Shown: positions 1 through 8,581 of the stretch, piece after piece
Layout of the letters: the number at the start of each line of letters is the position of its first letter
Numbering within the stretch: the stretch's first letter is position 1
Source: Candidatus Lindowbacteria bacterium RIFCSPLOWO2_12_FULL_62_27
Lineage (GTDB): Bacteria > Lindowbacteria > 2-12-FULL-62-27
DNA length: 20,110 nt
Assembly: GCA_001784175.1 (NCBI GenBank)
Contig: MFPR01000013.1
Location: 62,001 to 82,110 of the forward strand
Direction: 5' to 3'
Notes under the pieces: generated by a model
Seen by the model: the letters and a program-made list of their open reading frames with translations, nothing else
The model's database searches: none
Told to the model about the DNA's origin: nothing
Translations under genes and position numbers: made by a program

Positions 1-236
1 TCGTCGCCCGGGCCGACGCCGAGCGCCGCGAGCGACAGATGCAACGCGTGCGTGCAGGATGCGAGCGCGACGGCGTGCTTCGCGCCGACGTATTCGGCGA
101 TGCGCTGTTCAAACGTGTGGGCGCGCTTTCCCGTCGTGACCCAGCCGGAGTCGAGGCATTTCAGGACCTCCTCCTTCTCCTCATCGCCGATCATGGCGAC
201 GGCCAGCGGCAGAAAATCGGCGCGCTTGGCGATCAT
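1..236 (-). CDS. DegT/DnrJ/EryC1/StrS-family PLP-dependent sugar aminotransferase, N-terminal part (runs off the window edge)
   Basis: Not in the ORF track. Manual translation from ATG at 236 gives MIAKRADFLPLAVAMIGDEEKEEVLKCLDSGWVTTGKRAHTFEQRIAEYVGAKHAVALASCTHALHLSLAALGVGPGD, a typical DegT N-terminus (SGWxTTG, FE, HAVAxxSCTxALHL, GxGPGD). ATGA overlap with the upstream stop. Confidence 0.9.
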   Translation of the reverse strand, partial: MIAKRADFLPLAVAMIGDEEKEEVLKCLDSGWVTTGKRAHTFEQRIAEYVGAKHAVALASCTHALHLSLAALGVGPGD

Positions 237-1207
237 CGATAGAGATATTTGACGTTATAATAAACGTCGTCGCGGAAATCTCGAATCTGCCCGCTCCGGA
301 AGGCCTCCGCCATCTCCCGGATGCCGTCCGCGATGGACTTCTGCGGCTTGAATCCCGTCAGCGCGGCGATCTTGTCGAAGTTGACGCGGTAGTCCCGCGC
401 GTCCTCCATCGACGGGTGCTGCTCCACGCGCAGATCCTTGAAGATGGGGAGGAAAAAATCCGGGAGCCGCGCGATTTTGAAATTCAAGCCGTTGGCGCCG
501 ACGTTGAAAATCTCGCTCCGGACCTGCCCCTCCTCCGCGCCGAGGACGGCGAGGATCGCGCGGGCGGCGTCCTGAACGTGGACGAAGGGCCGCCACTGGT
601 CGCCGCCGTAGATCTGGATCCGGCCTTCGTTCACCGCGCGCGCGGTCAGATGGTTGATCACCAGGTCGAATCGCATGCGCGGGGAATGCCCAAAAAGCGT
701 CGCGAGGCGCAGGATCACAAACGGCATCGACTCGGCCTCCTTGAACAGCACCTGCTCGGACATGATGCGGGTGCGCGCATAGAGCGAGATCGGCTCGAGC
801 TTGGAGCCTTCGTTCAGCTCGAGATTGGAATTTGCGCCGTAGACGCTGCAGGAGGAGGTGAAGACGAGCCGTTGGATCTTGTAATATTTGCTGATCTCCA
901 CCAGGACCTTGGTCGACTCGTAGTTGGTGTTGAGCGTGTCGGTCTCGCTCAGATTGCACGCGGGATCGCCCACGATGGCGGCCAGCGCCACCACCGCGTC
1001 CCGGCCCTGGATCGCCTTCACCACGTCGCCGATGTTGCAGATGTCGCCGGTCACCAGAGAAAATCCCGCGCGGCCGCGCAGGTCCCGCACGCCGGCGTCG
1101 CCGTAGCACAGCTTGTCCAGCACCGTCACCTCGTCGCCGCGGTCGAGCAGCATCCGGACGAGGTGCGATCCGAGGTATCCGGCGCCGCCGGTGACGAGGA
1201 TTTTCAT
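233..1207 (-). CDS. NAD-dependent epimerase/dehydratase (extended SDR), nucleotide-sugar modifying
   Basis: MKILVTGGAGYLG Rossmann motif, SSCSVYG, YxxxR (YARTR) in place of YxxxK, RMRFDLVIN, WRPFVHVQD. ATGA overlaps at both ends. Confidence 0.9.
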   Translation of the reverse strand: MKILVTGGAGYLGSHLVRMLLDRGDEVTVLDKLCYGDAGVRDLRGRAGFSLVTGDICNIGDVVKAIQGRDAVVALAAIVGDPACNLSETDTLNTNYESTKVLVEISKYYKIQRLVFTSSCSVYGANSNLELNEGSKLEPISLYARTRIMSEQVLFKEAESMPFVILRLATLFGHSPRMRFDLVINHLTARAVNEGRIQIYGGDQWRPFVHVQDAARAILAVLGAEEGQVRSEIFNVGANGLNFKIARLPDFFLPIFKDLRVEQHPSMEDARDYRVNFDKIAALTGFKPQKSIADGIREMAEAFRSGQIRDFRDDVYYNVKYLYR

Positions 1208-2241
1208 CGGCCGGGAAACTCGATGATCGCGCGGCCGGCCTTGCCCTGCTCGACGGCCTCGAGGGCGGCGTTGACGTCGTCCAGGCGAAACCGGTGCGTG
1301 ATGAGTTCATCGAGTTTGAGCTTGCCGGTCATATACAGGTCGACGTATCGCGGAAAATCCTGCGCGGGGTCGGTCGCGCCGCCCCAACTGCCGACGATTT
1401 GCTTGCCGCAGATCAGCATGAACGGATCGATCGAGATCGGCATGCCCTTGGCAAGATTCCCGATGAGAATCGCGAGGCCGCCGTCGGCACGGATCGACTG
1501 AAAGGCCTGCTCCATCGTCTCGCGAATGCCCGCGGCTTCGATCGCCACGTCCGCGCCCCGGCCGCCGGTCAGCTCCAGAACGGCCGGCACGACGTCCTGC
1601 GTTTTGGCGTTCACCACGTGCGTCGCACCAAAGGCGCGTGCAAGAGCCAGTTTGTGGTCATGGATGTCGACGGCGATGACCTTGCCGGCGTTGGTCAGGG
1701 CGGCGGCTTGGATCGCGCAAAGGCCGATGCCGCCGGCGCCGAACACCAGCACCGCGCTGCCGGGTTTGGGCCGGGCCGTATTGAAGACCGCGCCGGCGCC
1801 GGTCGCGACGGCGCAGCCGATGAGCGCGGCCTTGTCGAGCGGCATATCTTTTCGAATGGGCACGACGCGATTTTCCGCGACGACGGCCTCGTCCTGAAAG
1901 GTCGTGATCTGGCCCGCGTTGATCTTGCGGCCGCCCACGGCGTAGGCCGGCGGCGCCGCATTGATCCCGGGACCCTTGATCCACGTCAAAATCACATGGT
2001 CGCCCGCCTTCACGCGCGTGACGCCCGGGCCGATCGCCTCCACCACGCCGGCGCCCTCGTGGCCCATCGTGTGCGGCAGGAACTTGTCCGGGCCCCGGCA
2101 GCCCCGCGCCTCGGAAATCTGCGTGTGGCACACGCCGCTTGCGGCGATCCTCACCCGCACCTGCCCGTATCCGGGGTCGGCGGCGGTCAGGTCCTCCACC
2201 ACGAGCGGCTTGTTCAACTCATACAAAATGGCAGCTCTCAT
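1204..2241 (-). CDS. Zn-dependent alcohol dehydrogenase (MDR family) lacking the structural-zinc cysteine cluster
   Basis: GVCHT, GHEGAG and IGCAVATG supply the catalytic Zn ligands; GAGGIG is the NAD-binding motif. Shine-Dalgarno GAGGAGG lies upstream (2251-2258). Confidence 0.9.
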   Translation of the reverse strand: MRAAILYELNKPLVVEDLTAADPGYGQVRVRIAASGVCHTQISEARGCRGPDKFLPHTMGHEGAGVVEAIGPGVTRVKAGDHVILTWIKGPGINAAPPAYAVGGRKINAGQITTFQDEAVVAENRVVPIRKDMPLDKAALIGCAVATGAGAVFNTARPKPGSAVLVFGAGGIGLCAIQAAALTNAGKVIAVDIHDHKLALARAFGATHVVNAKTQDVVPAVLELTGGRGADVAIEAAGIRETMEQAFQSIRADGGLAILIGNLAKGMPISIDPFMLICGKQIVGSWGGATDPAQDFPRYVDLYMTGKLKLDELITHRFRLDDVNAALEAVEQGKAGRAIIEFPGR

Positions 2242-2256
2242 GACCGGATCGCCTCC

Positions 2257-3252
2257 TCAGACCTTGTGCTCATAGACCAGCGGCCGCGCCAGGATCGCGT
2301 CCCAGTTCTGCTCGACCCAGTCGATCACTTCCTGCAGGCCCCGGTCGAATGACTCCCGCGGATTCCAGCCGAGGTCCCGCATGGACTTGTTGTAGTCGAG
2401 CACGTATCGCGCGTCCTGTCCGAGGCGTTCCTCGACGGCGACGGCGCACGAATCGAAATCCTTCTTCATGAGCCGGCAGATGCGCTCCACAAGTTCCCGG
2501 ATCGACAGCGAATGCCGGTCGCCCAGATGGTAGACGTCGCCCGGCTGCCCGACCTCGGCCGCCTTGATGACGGCGCGGGCCACGTCGCGCACGTGGATCC
2601 AGGTTTTGACCGCCTGCCCGCCTCCGTGCAGCTCGAGCTTCTGGCCCTTTTTCATATAGATCACCGAGCGGGGGATGATCTTGTAGAGCTGCTGGTGCCG
2701 GCCGTAGACGTTGGTCGACCGGATAAAAATCGCCGGGAAGCCGAAATTTTTCCGAAGGGTCGTCAGATACATGTCTCCGGCCGCCTTCGACGCCGCGTAG
2801 GGCGTGCTCGGATTGTACGGCGCCGACTCATCCAGCGCCCCGTTGCAGGTGCCGTAGATTTCCGGCGTGGAAATCTGGATGAAGCTTTTCAGATATTTTT
2901 TTTCGCGCAGGCTGCTTCCCAGGGCCACGACGCCGAGCGTGTTGACCTGAAAATACCCCAGCGGCTGGTAATTGCTGAGACCGACTTCGCTCAGCGCGGC
3001 GACGTTGACCACGTGGTCCGGATGAAACTCGTCCAGCGCCGCCACCAGCCGGTCCGGCTCGCGGTAGAGGTCGATCTGCTGGAATTTGAACTTCGGCGCC
3101 GCCCGCTTCTTGTAAGGGAGAAAAAGGTCGGAATACTCGGCCGACCGGCTGACGCCGAGAACCGTGTTGTTCGGATTTTCCAAAAAGGCGTCGACGATGT
3201 GCGAGCCGGTGAAACAGTTGCTCCCGATCACCGCGACTCGTTTGCCGATCAT
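2257..3252 (-). CDS. dTDP-glucose 4,6-dehydratase (RmlB)-like extended SDR with an atypical active site
   Basis: VAVIGSNCFTG, ISTPEIYG, YNPSTPYAASK, NVYGRHQ..KIIP, WIHVRD and ERLGQDARY follow the RmlB pattern. Confidence 0.8.
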   Translation of the reverse strand: MIGKRVAVIGSNCFTGSHIVDAFLENPNNTVLGVSRSAEYSDLFLPYKKRAAPKFKFQQIDLYREPDRLVAALDEFHPDHVVNVAALSEVGLSNYQPLGYFQVNTLGVVALGSSLREKKYLKSFIQISTPEIYGTCNGALDESAPYNPSTPYAASKAAGDMYLTTLRKNFGFPAIFIRSTNVYGRHQQLYKIIPRSVIYMKKGQKLELHGGGQAVKTWIHVRDVARAVIKAAEVGQPGDVYHLGDRHSLSIRELVERICRLMKKDFDSCAVAVEERLGQDARYVLDYNKSMRDLGWNPRESFDRGLQEVIDWVEQNWDAILARPLVYEHKV

Positions 3253-3257
3253 GGGCT

Positions 3258-4397
3258 TCAGAACGGCCCGAAAAATTGCGGTGCGGTGGGCGTCGTCATG
3301 CCGGCGATCGACGCCTCCACGGCGGGCGGGACCTTCCCGCCCAGTCCCATCACGTCACAGGCGGCGCGGGCGATGTCGAGGGCGCCGGGGTAATATATTT
3401 TTTCCAGCGCCGACGTCGTCGGCGTCGGAACGTCCGGCAGCGTCACCCGGCGAATGGGCGCCTTCAGGGCGCCGAAACATTCCTCGGCCGCGAGCGCGGC
3501 GATTTCCGCCGAAAAGCCGCAGGTCTTCCACGCCGTGTCGACGATCACCAGCCGGCCGGTCTTGCGGACCGATTCCAGGATGAGGTTCACGTCGAGAGGC
3601 TTGATCGTCCTCGGGTCGACGATCTCCGCGTCGATGCCGGCCTCCGCCAGCGCCTGGCGCGCGCGGATGCTTTCGAAGACCATGAGCGACACGGCCACGA
3701 CGGTCACGTCCTTGCCCTCGCATTTCACCACGCCCCGGCCCAGCGGGACCTTGTAGTGCCCGTCCGGCACGTCGTCTTCGATTTCGTAAAGGCGGCGATG
3801 CTCGATGAAGATGACCGGGTTGTTGTCCTCGATGCTCGAAATCAGCAGGCCCTTGGCGTCGTACGCGGAACTCGGCATCACGACCTTGAGGCCGGGGATG
3901 TGCGCGAAGACCGACTGCAGGCTCTGCGAATGCTGCGGCCCCTGGCCCCAGCCGCACCCGACGAGGGCGCGGATGGTGATCGGCACGCTCTGCCGGCCGC
4001 CCGAGGCGTAGCAGCGTTTGGCCGCGTGGTTGGCGATCTGGTCCATCGCGTAGAGCGTGAAATCAATCCGCTGGTGCGTCATGATCGGCCGCATGCCCGC
4101 CAGCGCGGCGCCGATGATCACGCCGGTCATGCCGTTTTCCGAAAGCGGGATGTCGAACACGCGCTCGGGGCCGAACCGCTCCTTCAGGCCGGCGGTCGAA
4201 CCGAAAATCAGTTTCGGATCGTCCACGCCCTCGCCCATGATGAAGGTGCGGTCGTCCCGGGCCATCGCCTCGTGCAGCGCCTCGTTGATCGCCTGGCGGA
4301 ACGCGCGCATCCGGACGGCGTCGGAGATGTCGCCCGGCGCAGCCGGCTCGGCGTGCCGGGCGGGAACGCCGGCGCGGCGCGACACGGGAACGCTCAT
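3258..4397 (-). CDS. TPP-dependent 2-oxoacid dehydrogenase E1 beta-like subunit (pyrimidine-binding plus C-terminal domain)
   Basis: AINEAL, RVFDIPLSE, MDQIANHAAK, QHSQS, NPVIFIEH, GKDVTVV, SVRKTGRL. Start placed at ATG 4397 (ATGA overlap with the alpha stop); alternative start 4310. The track's 4580 start overlaps the alpha gene. Confidence 0.88.
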   Translation of the reverse strand: MSVPVSRRAGVPARHAEPAAPGDISDAVRMRAFRQAINEALHEAMARDDRTFIMGEGVDDPKLIFGSTAGLKERFGPERVFDIPLSENGMTGVIIGAALAGMRPIMTHQRIDFTLYAMDQIANHAAKRCYASGGRQSVPITIRALVGCGWGQGPQHSQSLQSVFAHIPGLKVVMPSSAYDAKGLLISSIEDNNPVIFIEHRRLYEIEDDVPDGHYKVPLGRGVVKCEGKDVTVVAVSLMVFESIRARQALAEAGIDAEIVDPRTIKPLDVNLILESVRKTGRLVIVDTAWKTCGFSAEIAALAAEECFGALKAPIRRVTLPDVPTPTTSALEKIYYPGALDIARAACDVMGLGGKVPPAVEASIAGMTTPTAPQFFGPF

Positions 4398-5368
4398 GGC
4401 GCGTACACCCCGGCTTCGAGTTCTTCGGGCGCCGGAAACGGGCTCTCCTTGGCAAATCGCACCGCCGCAACGATCTCGGCGTCCACCTCGGCCTTCATCC
4501 GGTGGATGTCCTCCTCGCTCAAAAGGCCTTCCTCCACCAGCCGGTGCTGCAGCGTCCGGACGGGACACCGGGCGATCCACTCGTCCAGCTCCTCCGGGTC
4601 GCGCGTGACGTCACTCGACGCGCCGACGTGCTCCAGCCAGCGGTACGTCCGGCACTCGATGAGGGACGGGCCCGCGCCCCGACGCGCGCGCATGACGGCT
4701 TCGCGCATGGCTCGATAGACCTCAAGGGCATCGTTGCCGTCCACGCGCACGCCCGGCATCGCGTAGGCGTGGGCGCGCTCGTATATATTGTCCGCGCACT
4801 GGCGCTGGCTGAAGTGCGTGTAGACGGCGTAAAAATTGTTTTCGCAAACAAAGACCACCGGCAATTTTTTCAACGACGCGAAGTTCAAACTCTCGTGGAA
4901 CACGCCCTCCTCCGTGCCGCCGTCGCCGAAGACCGCCACCGCTACGCGGTCCGACCGGCGCAGGCGCTCGGCCAGGCCGGCGCCGGCGGCCATCGGAATG
5001 GTGCCGCCGACGAGCGCGGAGGTGCAGAGCAGGCCCTCGTCGGGCGCGATCAGTTGCATCGAGCCGCCCTTGCCGCGCGTGCATCCGGTGCGCTTGCCGT
5101 ACAATTCCGCCATCATCGCGTTCAAATCGCCGCCCAGCGACAGATACAGACCGTGAGCGCGGTACGTACCGAAGACCGAGTCGCCCTTCGACAGATTGGC
5201 GCAGACGCCGGCGGCGACGGCTTCCTGGCCGATATAGAGATGCGTCGGGCAGCGCATTTCCTGTTCGGGATAGAGGACGGCGATTTTTTCCTCGATCCGG
5301 CGGATCCGAAGCATCGTCCGGTACAGATTTTTTTTCAGATCGGGCGTGACGGCGTCCACGGCGTCCAT
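4394..5368 (-). CDS. TPP-dependent 2-oxoacid dehydrogenase E1 alpha-like subunit
   Basis: HLYIGQEA, YRAHG, GKGGSM and the ThDP-binding motif GDG...ENN (FGDGGTEEGVFHESLNFASLKKLPVVFVCENN), plus VDGND. Confidence 0.92.
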   Translation of the reverse strand: MDAVDAVTPDLKKNLYRTMLRIRRIEEKIAVLYPEQEMRCPTHLYIGQEAVAAGVCANLSKGDSVFGTYRAHGLYLSLGGDLNAMMAELYGKRTGCTRGKGGSMQLIAPDEGLLCTSALVGGTIPMAAGAGLAERLRRSDRVAVAVFGDGGTEEGVFHESLNFASLKKLPVVFVCENNFYAVYTHFSQRQCADNIYERAHAYAMPGVRVDGNDALEVYRAMREAVMRARRGAGPSLIECRTYRWLEHVGASSDVTRDPEELDEWIARCPVRTLQHRLVEEGLLSEEDIHRMKAEVDAEIVAAVRFAKESPFPAPEELEAGVYAP

Positions 5369-5373
5369 GCGGC

Positions 5374-6483
5374 CTATGCCTTTCGCTTATAAAACTGCCG
5401 GATGGCCTTGCACACGGAGTCCACCTGCGCGTTCGTCAGATACTGGTGCACCGGGATCGACAGGATGCGCCCGGCGAGGCGCTCGCAGACGGGGAAATCG
5501 CCCTTGTGATAGCCGAGCGCCAGGCTGCAGGGCTGAAGGTGGAGCGGGATCGGATAATGAATCTTGGACTCGATCCCGTGCCGGGCCAGATGCGCCTGCA
5601 ATTCGTCCCGCCGGTCGCACTGGATGACGAAGAGATGCCAGGTGTGAAACTCGTGCGGCGCCTCGGCCGGGCACTCGACCACGTTCGAAAGCGCCCGGCG
5701 ATACCGCGCCGCAATCTGTCGCCGCCGGCGGATGGTTTTGTCCAGGTGCGCGAGCCGGCAGTTGAGGACGGCGGCCTGGAGGGTGTCCAATCGCGAGTTC
5801 AATCCCCAGACGGCGACCTCGTCCCTGGTCCGAAGGCCGTGGTTCCGCAGCAGCTTCATTTTTTCGCACAGCGCGCCGTCGTTCGTCGTGATCGCGCCGG
5901 CGTCGCCGGCCGCGTTCAGATTTTTCAAAGGATGCAGGCTGAAACAACCCATCACGCCAAACGATCCCGACGGCCGGTTCCGGTACAACGACCCGACCGA
6001 CTGCGCGGCGTCCTCGATCACGTAAAGGCGGCGCCGCTCGGCGATTTTCAGGATCGGGTCCATGTCGGCGACGCGGCCCGTCAGATGCACCGGCAAAATC
6101 GCGCGGGTCTTCGGCGTGATCGCGCGCTCGATCCGTTCCGGATCGATGTTGAGGTCGGGCCCCACGTCGGCGAAGACCGGCCGGGCCCCGGCGAGGGCGA
6201 TGCTCGAGGCCGACGCGATAAACGAGTTCGGCGCCGTGATGACCTCGTCCCCCGCGCCGATCCCGAGCGCCTTGAAGGCCAAAATCAGCGCGTCGGTGCC
6301 GTTGGCCACGCCGATCGCGTGCTGGACGCCGCACAGCGCGGCAAACCGCTTCTCAAACGCTTCGACCTCTTCGCCCAGAATGAAATTGCCCCGCGTGAGC
6401 ACCCGATCCACCGCGCGCCGCACCTCGGCGCGCATCGACTTGTGCTGCGCCGGAAAATCGACGTAGGACACGCGGGCGTTCAT
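5374..6483 (-). CDS. DegT/DnrJ/EryC1/StrS-family sugar aminotransferase
   Basis: ILGEEVEAFE, VANGTDAL, GDEVIT, PVHLTG, IEDAAQ, SLHPLKNL (PLP lysine), NSRLD, IHYPIP. Start placed at ATG 6483 (TAATG overlap), not 6576. Confidence 0.92.
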   Translation of the reverse strand: MNARVSYVDFPAQHKSMRAEVRRAVDRVLTRGNFILGEEVEAFEKRFAALCGVQHAIGVANGTDALILAFKALGIGAGDEVITAPNSFIASASSIALAGARPVFADVGPDLNIDPERIERAITPKTRAILPVHLTGRVADMDPILKIAERRRLYVIEDAAQSVGSLYRNRPSGSFGVMGCFSLHPLKNLNAAGDAGAITTNDGALCEKMKLLRNHGLRTRDEVAVWGLNSRLDTLQAAVLNCRLAHLDKTIRRRRQIAARYRRALSNVVECPAEAPHEFHTWHLFVIQCDRRDELQAHLARHGIESKIHYPIPLHLQPCSLALGYHKGDFPVCERLAGRILSIPVHQYLTNAQVDSVCKAIRQFYKRKA

Positions 6484-7595
6484 TAATTTCGCTTGTAAAA
6501 CTCGCGCACGACGTCGATCGCGTATCGCACTTGTTTCGCCGTCAGATGCTGGTCGGCCGGCAGGGTCAGAATGCATTTGGCCTGCCGGTCGGTCTCCGGG
6601 AAATCGCCCATCTTGTAGCCGAGCGGCGCGAGGCCCTTCTGGAGGTAGAGGGGAATCGGATAGTGAATTTTCGCCTCGACGCCGTTTTTGAGGAGAAACT
6701 CATACAGCGCGTCGCGCTTGCGCGCTTCGATCATGTACAGGTGATACACGCGCCGGACGTTGGGCCGGCGCGGCGGGAGGCGGATGTCGCTGGACATTTT
6801 AGAAAACGCCTCGTCATACATCGCGGCATGATCGATCCGTTTCTGGGTGATCATGTGGACCTGCTTGATCAGCCAGTTGCCGACGATGGCCTGAATGGAG
6901 TCCAGCCGGCTGTTATGGCCGAAGATTTCGACCTCGTCACGGTTGGCGAGGCCGTGGTTCCGGAGCAGGCGCAGGCGCGCGGCGATGCCGCCGGAATTGG
7001 TCACGACGATGCCGGCGTCGCCCCAGACGTTCAGGTTTTTCAGCGGATGAAGGCTGTATCCGGTCGCGGCGCCGAACGTGCCGGCGGTCTTGCCGTCGAT
7101 GCTCGCGAGGATCGCCTGGCAGGCGTCCTCGATCACGACGAGGTTGCGCCGGCCGGCGATTTTCATGATGGCCGGCATGTCCGCCGCTTCGCCGGTGAGA
7201 TGCACCGGCAGGATCGCCTTCGTCTTCGGCGTGATCGCCGCTTCGATCAGCGACGCGTCCATCGTGAAATACGGCGTGACGTCGACCAGGACCGGCCGAG
7301 CGCCGATTTCGGCGATGGCGCCGACGGTCGCGATGAAGGTGTTGGCGGCGGTGATGACCTCGTCGCCGTAACCGACGCCGGCGGCTTTCAGCGCCAGCTT
7401 CAGGGCGTCGGTGCCCGATCCGACCCCGACCGCATGGCGAGTCCCGATCATCGCCGCAAAGGACTTTTCAAACTGCGCGACCTCGGGCCCCAGCGTGAAC
7501 TGGCAGGTCTTGAGGTGACGCCGGATCTCCGCCAGAATGCGGCCCGGCCTGGCGAATTGCTGCGGCAAATATGAAAACCGGACTTTCCATTTCAT
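6483..7595 (-). CDS. DegT/DnrJ/EryC1/StrS-family sugar aminotransferase (tandem paralogue)
   Basis: TLGPEVAQFE, GSGTDAL, GDEVIT, PVHLTG, IEDACQ, SLHPLKNL, NSRLD, IHYPIP. ATGA overlap upstream. Confidence 0.92.
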   Translation of the reverse strand: MKWKVRFSYLPQQFARPGRILAEIRRHLKTCQFTLGPEVAQFEKSFAAMIGTRHAVGVGSGTDALKLALKAAGVGYGDEVITAANTFIATVGAIAEIGARPVLVDVTPYFTMDASLIEAAITPKTKAILPVHLTGEAADMPAIMKIAGRRNLVVIEDACQAILASIDGKTAGTFGAATGYSLHPLKNLNVWGDAGIVVTNSGGIAARLRLLRNHGLANRDEVEIFGHNSRLDSIQAIVGNWLIKQVHMITQKRIDHAAMYDEAFSKMSSDIRLPPRRPNVRRVYHLYMIEARKRDALYEFLLKNGVEAKIHYPIPLYLQKGLAPLGYKMGDFPETDRQAKCILTLPADQHLTAKQVRYAIDVVREFYKRN

Positions 7596-8581
7596 CTTAA
7601 TCCCACCGCCTGCATTGTTTTGATGTTGTAGTACCGCCGGTCCCCCATGGGGTCGGGCATGAGGCCGCCGGCGTAGGCGTCACAGATGCTCCGCACGGCG
7701 TCGCGGATCGTGTGCCGCGCGCGAAATCCCAGAAGATTGGCGATCCGGTCGGAATTGATGTGGTACGACCGGTTGTCCACCGTCGGCTCCACCTTGATCT
7801 GGACGGCCGGGTCGCGGACCTCCGCGCGGACCATTTCGGCGATGTCGGCGACCGAATGGTTTTCGTAGCCGGCGTTGAAGGTCTGCCCGGCGACTTTGTC
7901 CGCCGGCGCCTCGAGGAGAATTCGATAGGCCTCGATCATGTCCCTGATGTTGATGTTCGGCCGAAGCTGCCCGCCGCCGTGAACGGTGATCAGTTTTCGG
8001 ACGAGCGCGTGGATGGAGAGAATGTTGACGGTAAGATCGAGCCTCATGCGCGGCGCGTAGCCGCAGACGGTCGCGGGCCGGATCACCACCCGCTCGCAGC
8101 CGCCGAGGTCGGCCGCCTGGAGGTCCTGCTCGCACAGGAGCTTGAATTTCGAATAATCGGTCAGCGGCAGGCACGGAGTGTCCTCCCGGACGTTCGGCAC
8201 GTCCTGCACGCCGTAGACGCTGGAACTGGAAGCATAGATGAACCGCCGGGCGCCGCAGCCGCGCACGGCGGCGAGGATCTTCGCGAACGCGTCGTAATTA
8301 ATGGATTTCCCAAGATGCGGGTCCAGCTCGAAACTCGGATCGTTCGAAATGCACGCGAGATGAATGACCGCCTCGGCGCCTTTGAACGCCTTCGCCAGGT
8401 CCGCCGGGTTTCGGATATCGCCCTTGACGCACGCCAAGCGGCCCGGCTGACGGAGGCCGTTGAAAACGTTCTCCCCGTACAGGAAGAGATCCAGCACGGT
8501 CACCTCGTGGCCGAGGTCGATCAGATACGGCACGAGCGCGCTGCCGACATACCCGGCGCCGCCGGTGATTGCGACGCGCAT
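7592..8581 (-). CDS. NAD-dependent epimerase/dehydratase (extended SDR)
   Basis: MRVAITGGAGYVG, SSSSVYG, YSKFK, RMRLDLTVN. Start placed at ATG 8581 (TAATG overlap), not 8770. Confidence 0.9.
   Translation of the reverse strand: MRVAITGGAGYVGSALVPYLIDLGHEVTVLDLFLYGENVFNGLRQPGRLACVKGDIRNPADLAKAFKGAEAVIHLACISNDPSFELDPHLGKSINYDAFAKILAAVRGCGARRFIYASSSSVYGVQDVPNVREDTPCLPLTDYSKFKLLCEQDLQAADLGGCERVVIRPATVCGYAPRMRLDLTVNILSIHALVRKLITVHGGGQLRPNINIRDMIEAYRILLEAPADKVAGQTFNAGYENHSVADIAEMVRAEVRDPAVQIKVEPTVDNRSYHINSDRIANLLGFRARHTIRDAVRSICDAYAGGLMPDPMGDRRYYNIKTMQAVGLR

Noticed and set aside
4311-4397. Low-complexity N-terminal extension of E1 beta as a possible repeat remnant (gggaacgc twice, weak hairpin)
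   Set aside because: Too short and GC-rich to distinguish from chance. It may just reflect start-codon uncertainty (4397 vs 4310).
2896-5335. Two T8 homopolymers (2896-2903, 5328-5335) as phase-variation tracts
   Set aside because: They are short, explained by Lys/Glu/Asn codons, and both frames are intact.
3258-5368. Housekeeping pyruvate or acetoin dehydrogenase (pdhAB/acoAB)
   Set aside because: No E2/E3 gene nearby, motifs diverge and the context is a sugar operon, so no gene symbol was assigned.
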